The notes beneath the pieces were generated by a model. The model was not told where the DNA came from. It searched no databases and saw only the letters and a list, made by a program, of their open reading frames with translations. Position numbers and translations under genes: made by a program. DNA of 64,000 nucleotides from Octopus sinensis (taxonomy: Eukaryota): contig NC_042997.1 in the NCBI RefSeq assembly GCF_006345805.1, positions 28,086,001 to 28,150,000 of the forward strand, given 5' to 3'. Shown here piece by piece: positions 38,698 to 51,014 of the stretch (its first letter is position 1; every line of letters starts with the position of its first letter).

Positions 38698-38742
38698 ACA
38701 GTGACTTCGAAGTTTCGGCCAGCTAAGCCATCGTCGGACTGC
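38698..38742 (-). ncRNA. Minimal type-I hammerhead ribozyme motif (U4C variant)
   Basis: Minus strand: gcagt-CCGACGA-t-ggct-tagct-ggcc-GAAAC-TTCGAA-GTC-actgt. All three stems pair and stem III is palindromic. Confidence 0.7.
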
Positions 38743-39897
38743 AATGCATTTGAGTTAGTCTCTATAAGAGTCACTGTTGGCTTAAAATCTTCCTTGGGTG
38801 TGTGGGTTTGAGTAGAATGGTTATCAAGGTTTTAGGGATGGTCGTTTTTGAGAAATTTATATTGATTAATTTGGAATTATGTTATTACTTAGAATTTATT
38901 CATGTATGCTGAACTTTGTATTCTGAACTTTGATATATGCTGAACTTTGATATATGCTGAACTTTGATATTCCTCTTTTCTTCGACTGGCACAATGTGTG
39001 ACAGTATTTTTTGTTGCTTTGAATATTATTGGATTAAATCTTTTGCTTTGATAAAGTAAAAGTCAACGGTACAAAGTCCAGTATTTAAGCCCTTAGGAAT
39101 TACGTGTGTCAACTTTTTTTTCACAAAGGAAGTAGGTAGGTGGTAAGTTTTGAGAGATAATTTATTTTCTTGATGTTGATATTTAGGACAGTTCTTGCTT
39201 ACATTTGTAAGGTGGGTGTTTTTAATCAAGTACGTTGTGGTTTTGTTAGTATAAGACATTGTTTCTCATGTGCTTTGATGTTCACAAAGTATTTGGGTAA
39301 ATGTAGTACGTATATATATATTTCTCTTTAGTTGTTCATTTTTCTATAAACACTTTGATTAATATATAGCAATTTTAATCTTTGTGTGTCATGGAGGCTT
39401 GCTGTCATCAATATTCGAACATAGTCTGCTTTTATGTTTTACTTTTGTATTTATCACAATTTTACAATATTACTTTCATGCTTTCCGAAATCTTGGTTTT
39501 ATTTAGTAGCAGTATTAACCGACAGTTTTGCTACACAATTGATAATTGTAGTGAAATTCTTGAATTTGACCTTTAAATAATTTACATGAAATAATTTATA
39601 GCAAGCCGTATTTTAAAACAACCAGCGTGCGGTCCTACGCCACGGTTTGGTGGGTGCTCCAACACAGCTGGCATTGATAGCATCTTATTCATAAGAACAT
39701 TTTAACCGACCAGCTGGAGGCTTAGCTGTTACAGCTCCGTGAGTGCGTCAACTCAGTTGATATACAACGCTCATTCATACCAACACGTTAGTCAGAGTCA
39801 TCTATAAACGATTCGACTATATCCAGGTGTCGAAAAGCACTTGATACTATTAACAATATTCCTGCCTTAAATAAATTTAATAATACAGTTAAAAATT

Positions 39898-40110
39898 AGG
39901 GCAGTGAGCTGGCAGAATCTTTTCACGCCGGGCAAAATGCTTAGCGGCTTTTCGTTCATCTTTATGTTCTGTGTTCAAATTCCACCGATGCCGGCTTTGT
40001 CAGTCATGCCTTTCGAGGTCGATAAACTAAGTACCTGTTGAAAACTGCATTCAACGTAATCGACGTAGCCCCAAACGTGCCGGCGTTGTGCAAAAGTCTG
40101 AAATCGGTAT
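39898..40110 (+). mobile_element. SINE family B
   Basis: ggcagtgagctggcagaatc..cacgccgggcaaaatgcttagcgg..caaattccaccga..gaggtcgataaactaagtacc. Confidence 0.85.
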
Positions 40111-40399
40111 TACTGCTTAAATTTCTACAGTGAATTAATATTGGCTTCACATTTTGGCACTAGGCTATCAGTTTCGGTGTGGGGGCTAGTCAATTATAAC
40201 GATCCCAGTGATCAAAGATATAAGAAATGCTGCTGAGCATTTCTTACCGGCGCTAAAAGGTGTGATATGCAATTGAAAATACTGATGTTTGTGGGAGAAA
40301 AAAGAAAACACAGTAAGTAAGGTTGCATTCACATGGAGAGGAATTTACGTATAATATGTGTGGTACCAATAAGTATTATTGCTTGAATTTCGCTTAACT

Positions 40400-40980
40400 T
40401 CAAGCTGCCAGGGATTTGTTCTACATATTGTTTGCTCTACTTGGTATCATTCCGTGTGCTCCAATAATAATGGGAAATTCCACATTCTTCCGATTTCAGT
40501 CTCCATGCATTTATGCTTACTAAGGTTTTCAAACACTTTCAAAAATGTTCTTTGGTCGCCAGGGCCTACAACATCAATCAGAAGACAAATCTTTTTCAAT
40601 ATGAGTTTTCCCAATGAGATCAGATCGGTTTGAACACTGAAATTCTAAAGGATGGTCACCTTGAGACTCTGGGCAACTTGTAGTGGCTTGTGTTCCAACC
40701 AATTGAAGGAGGTTGTATGAGCAACATATTGAGCAGTGTATGTACTGAGCTGCTATGTCATGCCTTTGCAAGTGTTCCGTTGGTGCTAATCTACTGGATT
40801 CAGTGATTATGTGGTCGATTGTAGCAGCGGGCTCCTCATTTATACAGCATCATAAGTTGCTTTCATATCTCAGTATCTCAGGACATTACTCTGGTAATTC
40901 TTAGTTGGCAAGGATAGTTTCTGAGTAACAATGGAACATCTGTCAGATTTTGATTTGAGACCAGAGCATGACAAAGATCG
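40400..40980 (-). mobile_element. R4/Dong-like RLE LINE C-terminal remnant
   Basis: Minus-strand broken frames: LPTKNYQSNVL, TIDHII, LQRHDIAAQYIHCSIC, LIDV..PGDQ.I, ETEIGRMW..PIIIGAHGMI (zinc knuckle + RLE). Confidence 0.8.
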
Positions 40981-41186
40981 CTCTATATCATTGTCCCTGA
41001 TTCTAGACGGGTATTATTGATTTTATGACTACTTTTATCTTTATTATTAGTAGTAGTAGTAGTAGCAACATCAGTAGCAGTACAGTAGTAATTGCAGCAG
41101 TACCAAGATGAAAATGAAAGCAATATACTGAATACCAGAAAGAGGTTAGAAAGCAAAAAAAAAAAAAACAAAAAAAAAACACCAAA

Positions 41187-41293
41187 GTTTGGTGTATCAA
41201 GAAGTACTGTTTCGAAAGTAATGACATCCTTTGAGAAATAGAGAGAAACCTCCTCGCCGAAACAAAACTCCGGAAGAAATCCAAACCTTTCAG
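41187..41293 (+). mobile_element. Inverted 107-bp fragment of the adjacent Tc1 transposase
   Basis: Reverse complement of 41641-41747 with about 10 mismatches (hand count). Confidence 0.9.
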
Positions 41294-41294
41294 A

Positions 41295-42012
41295 CTCCTA
41301 CGCGAATTGTTATTCTTTAACCATTGGGCGGGCGCATTTCCAAGATATAGTCCCCTCCGACCAAGATCATCACAGATCCTCCTCCATGTTTAACAGTTGG
41401 AAGAAAGTAGTCTGGGTCAAATGCTGCTTTTGGTTGTCTCCACATTCTTCCACTGCTCTCTGTAGGTTTTACTCCATTCTAAATGCTTTGCAACGTTTGA
41501 TTTTGCAAGTAGGGCTTTCTGATTGCAGCCCTCCCGGCAAACAGTTTTTGTGGAAACTGCGTTCTCGAGGTAGTCATTAAGCTCTGCAGTACTTTTGTGA
41601 TCCTTTCTAACAGTTTGCGTAGGAGTCCCACGGTCCCTCCCTGAAAGTTTTGGTTTTCTTCCGGAGTTTTGCTTCGACGAGGAGGTTTCTCCCTGTTTCT
41701 CAAAAGATGCCATTACTTTCGAGACAATACTTCTTGATACACCAAACATTTCGGCTGTTTTCGTTACGCTAACGCCTGCCATACGGGCACCAACAATTTG
41801 ACCTCTTTGAAAGTCCGATAGATCTGTCATTTTAATTTTAATTACTTTTTTCTGATGATATATGAAGAGAAACCGTAAGTTTAGCAAAACGTATTAGGCA
41901 ACATTAATAATAACTCACAAAAAATAAAAATGAAGAAGCTGTTGACGGTTATAGATATTTCAAAATTATGATGCTATGATGCAAGGTTTTTCCATACTCT
42001 TTCCAAATCCTG
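41295..42012 (-). mobile_element. Tc1-family transposon remnant (5' TIR + N-terminal transposase)
   Basis: MTDLSDFQRGQIVGARMAGVSVTKTAEMFGVSRSIVSKVM..NSGRKPKLS..VSTKTV, then TVKHGGGSVMI. TIR TA-caggatttggaaagagtatggaaa ends at 42012. Confidence 0.9.
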
Positions 42013-42022
42013 TAGATATAGT

Positions 42023-42069
<47 letters not shown>

Positions 42070-45000
42070 ACACAAACACACACACACAACTATATACGTA
42101 CATATACTAACACATACATATCTAGGATTATATTTCAACAAGGATAGCAAGTCTGAAAAAATTCATAGTCTGTGCATAACTGTATTACGTAGATCGTGAT
42201 GAAAGTTGTGTATAATTGTTAGAAACTATTAAATCAGACGTACATCTATTTACACCAGATATAATTGTTAGACTTATTCCTTCAACCACTACGGTGTAAC
42301 CGAATGAAGTAGAGAGAAAAGGTGTGTGCGAGATTGTTGATGAATTTCATCGCTTTCGTAATTACGCACACATTGTTTCTTTATATTATATAATCAAAAG
42401 ACAGCTAAACGTCCAATTTCTTCTATATATTCTGCTCCATCTGTACGCATGTGTTTGTCTTTCAGGTTTACTCGGTACTGGTTTGCGTTGTAAACTCTAG
42501 TTTGCTGCTTTCTTTAAAGAAATTTAATCCTGAATAATGCACTAATGAGCTGAGAGTAGAGATAACAAGAAATTTAGAATGCTCTGCCTTGAAGTCTAAA
42601 GAAAATAATCCCAGTAAATTTATCTGATATCAACAGTTGTTCATCTGATTTAATTTGCACTAATCGCTAGACACAACCTTAACCAAATTATGTACAATAC
42701 AGTTACGAGCAGACATTAAATGGATTTTCTCTCGAAATACAAAACTTTTTGAAATGTAATCTATGAATTCAATAGAGAATTAATGCAAACATTACGGAGA
42801 TCTGCCCTGAAGGAGTCTGCGAGGCCGAAACGTACGTACACTTGTAGTGTAGAATGAACGATAAAAACTGAACTCGTAAATTACCTTTGGTTTCGTAACA
42901 CCAAGGGAAAAGAAAATGTGTGATTGCAAAATTGAAGAAGGCTTTCTCTTACGTTCTCTCTCCATCTGTTGTTGTTTACTCTTCTGCTGTAATTCGTTAC
43001 ACACACTCGCGCGGGGCGAGTGCACAGGGACACGTACATACAAACACACACACACACACACACCTGTACATTTGCACATACACATACACGCACACATTCT
43101 CATACACACTTGCTCTCTCTCCCTCCCTCTCCCTCCCTCTCCGTCACCCTGTCTGTTTTTGCGCACATAAAGGTGTCAATATTGGGGTAGTTGCTGTTGC
43201 TGTTCCGCTCCAGTTTAACATCAAACGACCCAAGACGGCCATTCTCTCTTCTTATAAAGTACGTTATCTCCGACTTTATTACCTAAATTATACTTTTCAT
43301 TTTACAAACATTACTCTTGACTTGAAAGAGATACCATTGCCATGTATTGTAGCTCCAGTATTTACGGAGACATTCCACTACTTTTTCACACTATACTACA
43401 TGAAGAATAGTTATGTCTCATCTCACAATCACACCCAACTCTTTTCGCTATTGTCCCTACATGGCTCTAAAGACTGTGTTTAATTTCTATTGGCTTTCTC
43501 TGCAGAATTGAACTGTGCCCGTTGCCTTCGTAATCTCTCTAAGCTCGGTGAGATCAGTACGTCTGTGATCAATATATTTAATATATAAACAATTCCCTGA
43601 GGTTCATAGCAAATAAGTTCTGAAATGCTTCTAAGCAGCTCAAAAGTTATCAAATATGTCAGACTAGGACATAGAGTCAAGGAAAATTACATTTTTTGAT
43701 AAAAAAAAATACCCCCCAAAAACAAGGTAGCAAGTATAGAAAGATCCTGACATGATAGGTGAAAACGAATAGCATGTCAGGATTCAGTGCGAAAACGTTC
43801 TTCAGAAACAGACGTCTATACAACAGAAGCATTTCTATCCCTAAATTCTGTAGACAAGTGTAATTAATATTGTGTCATGTCATTTAGACTATAAATATTG
43901 AATGCAACTAAACAAATGTTATTGTATTTGCATTGCGTTCTGCCTCGACATTTCTTTAATCACTTAGATTTTCGATAAAAGACAATTAAGGATAAATTTA
44001 AGGATCATTCAGTGCCATTCAATATCACGTATATTTTGTTTTTAGAGGAGAAGGTTCTCAGTTACTTCGAGGTTTCGGCATAAGAGAGATTGAGCGCCAA
44101 GCGGTGGTCGTGAAGCTGCAACTTTGAGGCAACTCAAAATCTGTTTGTAAATGTAACAGGCACGCACACGTACACACACAATGACACACATGCGCGCACG
44201 TACACACAATGACACACATGCACGCACGTACGTACATACGCACGTGCACACGCCTCCATCTCTCTCTCCTTATATACGTCTGTGCATACATAAATACATT
44301 CGTATATACATGATATAGTGTATATATATTTAAATAATGAGGGAGATGAATTTAATATTAATTTAATTAATATCAATTTAAAACCAGTAGCCTAGCATAC
44401 AAAAATCTGAAAAATCAGAGAAAATTCTAATACATGTGTATATTCAAAGGGCAAGACCACTAAGTAGACGGCCGTATGCTAGAAATAGATCATCAACGAT
44501 CAAACTACGCATAAGATTTGAAAATTCTGGTAAGTTTGGAAATATTTATTTGTAATATTTATTCCCGATTACACAAGTTTCATTGGTTAATAGAATTTAC
44601 AAAATGGTACATGTACGTTAAACATGTAAGATTTTCCAATCGCAAAGTACTTGAACATTTGTCCGCAGAATTTCTGACTGGAGATAACTTCTATTCACTG
44701 ATGAAATAGGTGTAATTGTGAATAAATAATATCACACATTTTTTCTAACCTCCTGGTTTGGAAAAAATATGTGAGAATTTGTGTTTGTATTTCTGTATCG
44801 TTCAATATTTGATAGAAGACTGGACGTGCTTGTATTTGAATACATCTATTACAAAATTTAAAAACGACTACACATTTTGAGATTTGGATGCATTTTCAAA
44901 CCTCAAAACAAATTCTTGCAACAGCACTGCGTTATTTGACTACTTAGAAAGCATTGCTAAATAGCGTAGAAGTGCATAGGTAGAGTCTGCTTCTTTAAAC

Positions 45001-47265
45001 ACTATGAATATTAATTATCTACTCTTAGCCCCATGCTTAGACAAATGCAGCCTCTTAGCAACTATACATCCATACGAAATGCTTTCTCGAACGAATGCCG
45101 CACCTTTGTGGTTTTCGATAATAAACTATTTCTATCGCAAAGCAAAGTCTTTAACCTGCCCGTCAGCATAGTATGTGTTTTTATACGCCAAATTTGCTGA
45201 AGGATAACGTTTGGGAAAGCTCCTCACACGATCCCGTGTGTTAAAGAATACCTGAATGTCACAGACCAGGCGAGACAACACGATCAGTGAGAATGGTAGA
45301 ATATCGATATTTCGGTATTATTGTGACTTATCGATAACATGTACTTGGATCAGCTCGAGACGAAGTGCATCACTGGTCTGTGACTAAGCCGCAAATATGA
45401 CGAGGATGAACCTCTTGTATGTGTGTGCGCACTGCGATTTAAATAAAATGTTATTTCCGGTGCCGATTAACTACCGGGTTAGATATAATAGAGAGAACAC
45501 ATGAATGATGGATTTCTAGCCATTGCACCACCCCCGTTTTAGATATCCTTTTTGTAAGAACTTACATTAAATGCACCCTTCCATTCTGTTCAAAAACTTA
45601 GTGTTCATATACGAAGGAAATGTTGCTGCTATTTCTAGTAGAAGAAGAGAGCATTTAAGGCTTCCTCTTTTTAGCTCATTATTTAAGTAGTGGTTCACAA
45701 AACAAGTATTAAGAATACATGTCTACTTATATGATTGTGATTAGTTTACTTGTGTTATGTATTTACACATTTTCTGGTGTCTGTGATTTTATTGATTCTC
45801 AATCGGAAACATTTCTAATTTTCTTAACGTATTGGAAGGGTGATTTATATGTAATTTAAACGAATGAGGTGTCGACAGAATGATGTGAAATTAATATTAG
45901 GTGAGCAATCAGTGGTTTATTTGATGAACTGAGATAGCTTCGATCTGACAGCTTCAACATAAACGTCTAGAAATGCAAACCACTTTTGAATATTAGTGAA
46001 TATCAAGTAAGAATAACCAGAAACCACTTGCGTGTTAAACAGGATATAGGTTATAGGTTCTCTACTATATTTCACAATCTATCAGTCACTTTATCTTTTC
46101 TTTTCTTAATTTGTAGATTTCGATATTGTGTGTATATGTATATGAGTGTAAATGTATGCGGAATTACGTGAGTGTGTGTGGAAGAATGTATGTATATGTA
46201 TTTGCATTTGTATCTGTAAGAATCGATCTGTGAATCCATGTGTATATAAAGAGAGGAAGTAGTGCCAGAGAATTATCCTTCCTAAATATTTGCTTTTGCT
46301 GTATAACGTGTTTGTAATGGCTCCTGAAACGTTAGATAGCAAACATCAGTCAATTTGGCATGTCTCATGTACTTAAGTTTGAACATATGTATAATGAAAG
46401 AATAAAGGCTTCATAGAAGAAATATATAAAGTAATAGAAGACGGTTCGTTTTGTAGACTAAAAAGAAAACGAAGGACCATAAAAAATTAATCATAAAGAA
46501 ACATAATATTCAATGAAAAAGGAAGCATACACACGCACTCACACACATACAAACACAAACACACATACACACGAATAATGTATTCACGCACATACCAACA
46601 AACCTGTATTGGGGAAATGCATTTTGATAGTCATATTTAATCACGATATTTCGGCAACTGAAAGCAAGAAATAGATGCTAGTTGAAAATGGAAAGTTGCT
46701 AGTATGTGTGTGGGACACACTACTGTAGGAGACAGTGTTTCATCTGCATATATAGGGATAAGGAACACATATACACTGAGTGATATATCTATGAGCTTGG
46801 ATTTCAGCAAAATGCATATAAATCAATAACACATCTTTAAAAATAATATTTGGTAGAGAGAATGTGTCTTGCAGGAAAGAAAACCTATGATTGATTTTCT
46901 ATTTAGATTTTTATATTTCATTTTTATTTCGGACTTCCTTCAAATTATTGCCTTCATGATTGGAATCTCTGAATCGAAAAATAGAGAATAACCAAATGTT
47001 TTTAAAATGCTTCATTAAAGCTTTATAGTTAATAGATATATCTTTTTTAAATGTGCTACTAAAATTGTTTATATCAATAGTTGCATTATTTCGTGTGTGA
47101 GAGAAATACATACTGTTATATTATTTTTGGTGAGGCAGTTTTACCATGTCTCTCCTAACATAGCCTCAAGTTGAAGAATACTACAAGAGTGATATTCTCA
47201 TTTGGTTGAATAAACTTTGTTTATGGTATTTTCTAACAAAAATAAAAGCATAATAATATTATTCT

Positions 47266-47640
47266 GCATGGTTCCGTGTTCAGTCCCACTGCGTGGCATC
47301 TTGGGCAAGTGTCTTCTGCTATAGCCCCGGGCCGACCAATGCCTTGTGAGTGGATTTGGTAGACGGAAACTGAAAGAAGCCTGTCGTATATGTGCATATA
47401 TATATATGTATGTGTGTGTGTGTTTGTGTGTCTGTGTTTGTCCCCCTAGCATTGCTTCACAACAGATGCTGGTGTGTTTACGTCCCCGTCACTTAGCGGT
47501 TCGGCAAAAGAGACCGATAGAATGAGTACTGGGTTTACGAAGAATAAGTCCCGGGGTCGATTTGCTCGACTAAAGGCGGTGCTCCAGCATGGTCGCAGTC
47601 AAATGACTGAAACAAGTAAAAGAGTAAAGAGTAAAGAGAG
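47266..47640 (+). mobile_element. SINE family A, near full length
   Basis: catggttccgtgttcagtcccactgcgtggcatcttgggcaagtgtc...internal TA/TG...gactgaaacaagtaaaagagtaaagagtaaagag. Confidence 0.93.
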
Positions 47641-48385
47641 TACTCAGAGTATCTTATGGTCTAAATATATTCTAAAATATGTACAGTGGGTAAAAATATT
47701 TTTCATGTAACACATTACTGGTACATATTGATATTGTCCAAAATAATAGCTCAGTATATAACCTATTATTATATAGAGCGTGCTACACACAATTTGAACG
47801 GCGGTTAGTTTAGCCTAGTAACATAAATATGTATAGAAATGAATATATGTGAAACGAACGAGAATATTTTCTACATGTTTTATTACTAATGATGTCTAAC
47901 GCAAATGCCCTGTGGCATTTCCTTCCATCATAGTTACATTACTTTACATTATGCTCATAGCTTTATCTTTTTGTAAAATAAATATATAAAATATTATTAT
48001 CTCTATGATTCACAGCAACTATGAATGATTATTGTGTATGGCCGCAGTTCAATACCAAAACCAGAAAACAAAATAAAGGATATAATTTTCTGCATATTTT
48101 TGCTTATTCACATCAGCTAATGAAAGGAATATTAATTTAACGTAACGAAAACAAATATTGTTATTGATTAATATTTATCTGTGTACAGTATTACTTGCAA
48201 ACAAAATAATACACGCGTGTGTATTTGTGTGCGTTTATGACTGAGTATGCATATATACACGTATATGCATATATATATATATATATATACATAGATATAG
48301 ATAGATAAATGGATATGGATATTATATGTATGTGTGCGCACATGTGTTTGTGTGCTGTGTGTGTTGTGTACGTTGTGTGTACACA

Positions 48386-48445
<60 letters not shown>

Positions 48446-49859
48446 ATTCATGCACACACATACATAGACACATATAGATACCTATATACATGTAGATGTA
48501 TATACGTGCATACATATATTAGGATATCCGGAAAGTACGTATTTTCAAAAGAAAAGAATGCGAGTGAAGCTTAATTAAATATCATTCGTCAATAAAAAAC
48601 AGGATCAGTATTGACAACATTCCGCGCTGCATTGCTGAAAACGTTGACCTACTCTTTATAACATCCTCCTTGTTTCTGAATGCTCTCCCACTTATGAAAG
48701 ACTCTATGATCGAAAGAGATGATAATCCGAAGATACTTTGCTATGTGTCGGGCTGCGAAAGAACATTTCAATCTAAGGCTTTTAGTTTTTGTTTGTGGTT
48801 TTCTTGCAGAGTGAGCCTTTTTATTGTTATACTGGAGAATTACACAATTAATCTTTGGAAAGCTGGTCACATTTGATCTCATGTACCATTTACAAAATAA
48901 TCCAGTGTTAGCCTGATTTTGACGTTAGTATGGGCTTCTCATTTACTAATAGCCACTGATTTGGCTTTATGTTGGTTTATTATGCATCATTTAGTCACTG
49001 TTTGTAAACAAAATAGTATGTTACTATGGGGTTGTTATTTCAATTTATTTCTGTAGACGGTGGAACATTTTCAAGTAACAGATCTTGAAAAGGCAATATG
49101 CCCTCTTCGCATTTTTTCACAACCCACTTTGAAATGTTCTTGAAAACTTGAACATGTCACATTCAACTTTAGCACCAAATCTCTGATGTATCCGTGAGAA
49201 TATTTCCGCAACTGTTAATCTCAAAATTTCGCAATAAAATGGGATTCAACTTTCACAACGCGGCCTATCACAAGGACCATAATCGCAAGTTTTAAACACC
49301 TGAAAGCACACTTAAAATTTACAGATATTTACTGCATTAGGATATACAAGACTAAGGTGTTTCATTACGTTAATGTTTTCAAATCTTATAGGAAGGTGAC
49401 ATTTGCTGCCATAAAGAAGGTAGAAAAAGAATTAGACTGGAAAAGATGGGAATTGTTCAAAAAGTAGATTATTCTGGGCAACACCAACCGTGCGTAGTAA
49501 GAAAAAAAAAACAAAAACAAAATCAGGGTGTGTGCCAATTTTTCTAATGGTTTGAATGATTGTCTATAAATGTGCCACCATAAACTTCCTACTCCGGAGG
49601 ATATTTTTGCAAAATTAAATAGTAGCAAAATATTTCGAAACTGGATCTGTTTGATGCATTTTTACAAATTAAAGTAGACGGGGAATGTTCGAAGCTTCAA
49701 ACAGTGAATATGCACAAATGACTATAAAAATATGAGATTGCCATTTTGTTTGAAGCTAGTGCCTGTAATATTTCAACAGGCTATGAATGAGATAATGGTA
49801 GAGTGTCAATTTGAAATACCATACATCAATTAATTAACAGTGTATCTCGTGATCAGCAT

Positions 49860-50520
49860 ATAAAGCATGTGAAGTTAGTTTTTCAAAAAAATAAGAGATT
49901 ACGGTTTCACACTCAGTGAGGAGAAATGTGAAATCTTTTTGTGCATAGAATTAAATATTTAGGATAAATTTTAGGTAAAAATGCAATTAAAAATGTGCCT
50001 CATCCAACTAGCATAACTACATTACAAGCTTTACTTGGCCTGGCGAACTATTATCAAAATTACATACCAGACATATATAAATTGAGAGCTTCACTTGATA
50101 ATTTGTTAAATGAAGACGGGAAATGGAATTGCTGAAATAACAGTCAAACAGTGTTTCAGGATATTAAAAAATATCAATTTCGGATTTGTCACTGGCTCAT
50201 TTCCATCCAGCAGCGGAGATTGTGTTAGCTTCTGACGCTTCTGAGCATGTCGTAGGAGCAGTTTTGCTACACAAATATAAAGATGGTAATATGAAGGCAG
50301 TATTTCATGCCTCATGTGCTCTGATTGTAGCAGAAACGAAAAACTACAGCTAGATAGAGAAAGAAGCTCTAGCGATTATTTTTGTCTGGAAGAAATTTCA
50401 CAAGTTTCTCCACGGTAGAAGCTTTCGGCTTCAGACTGACCACCAACCGTTACTATCAATTTTAGGATCGAAGAAAGAAATTCCTACCCATACAGCTAAC
50501 AAATTACAACGCTTATCCAT
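49860..50520 (+). mobile_element. Gypsy/Ty3 LTR retrotransposon RT-RNaseH fragment
   Basis: DYGFTLSEEKCE..IKYLG, LLGLANYYQNYIPD, VLASDASEHVVGAVLLH, NYS*IEKEALAIIF..KKFHKFLHGRSFRLQTDHQPLLSILGSKK. Confidence 0.9.
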
Positions 50521-50668
50521 CTATACATATATAAATATGACACTATTTTCGTGGATACCGGTCAAAATTCAAATTTGTTTGTTTTCTTTTTTTAATCTTT
50601 TTTACACACATATACATATACAATACATACATATATCTACACACATACTTATACGTGCATATTGTACG

Positions 50669-50944
50669 TACTTATATACTCACATACACAATACACGAAA
50701 CATACACACACGTACACACACACATACATCTACACATACGTACATACGCATCAATCTATGTACTTATATACTCACATACACAATACACAAAACATACACA
50801 CACGTACACACACACATACATCTACACATACGTACATACGCATCAATCTATGTACTTATATACTCACATACACAATACACAAAACATACACACACGTACA
50901 CACACACATACATCTACACATACGTACATACGCATCAATCTATG
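50669..50944. repeat. Three 92-bp minisatellite units
   Basis: Units start at 50669, 50761 and 50853, with one substitution seen. Confidence 0.95.
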
Positions 50945-51014
50945 TACGCTCATACGGTTATATATAACTACATATATGTATTTCAGTATCATGCATCTCA
51001 ACATGTATGTATGG

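Noticed and set aside
38905-38970. 17-bp unit atgctgaactttgatat repeated about 3-4 times
   Set aside because: Ordinary short slippage repeat with no further structure.
43744-43783. 11-bp inverted repeat atcctgacatg/catgtcaggat with nearby gaaacagacgtc
   Set aside because: Short isolated hairpin; cannot be assembled into a hammerhead or a MITE.
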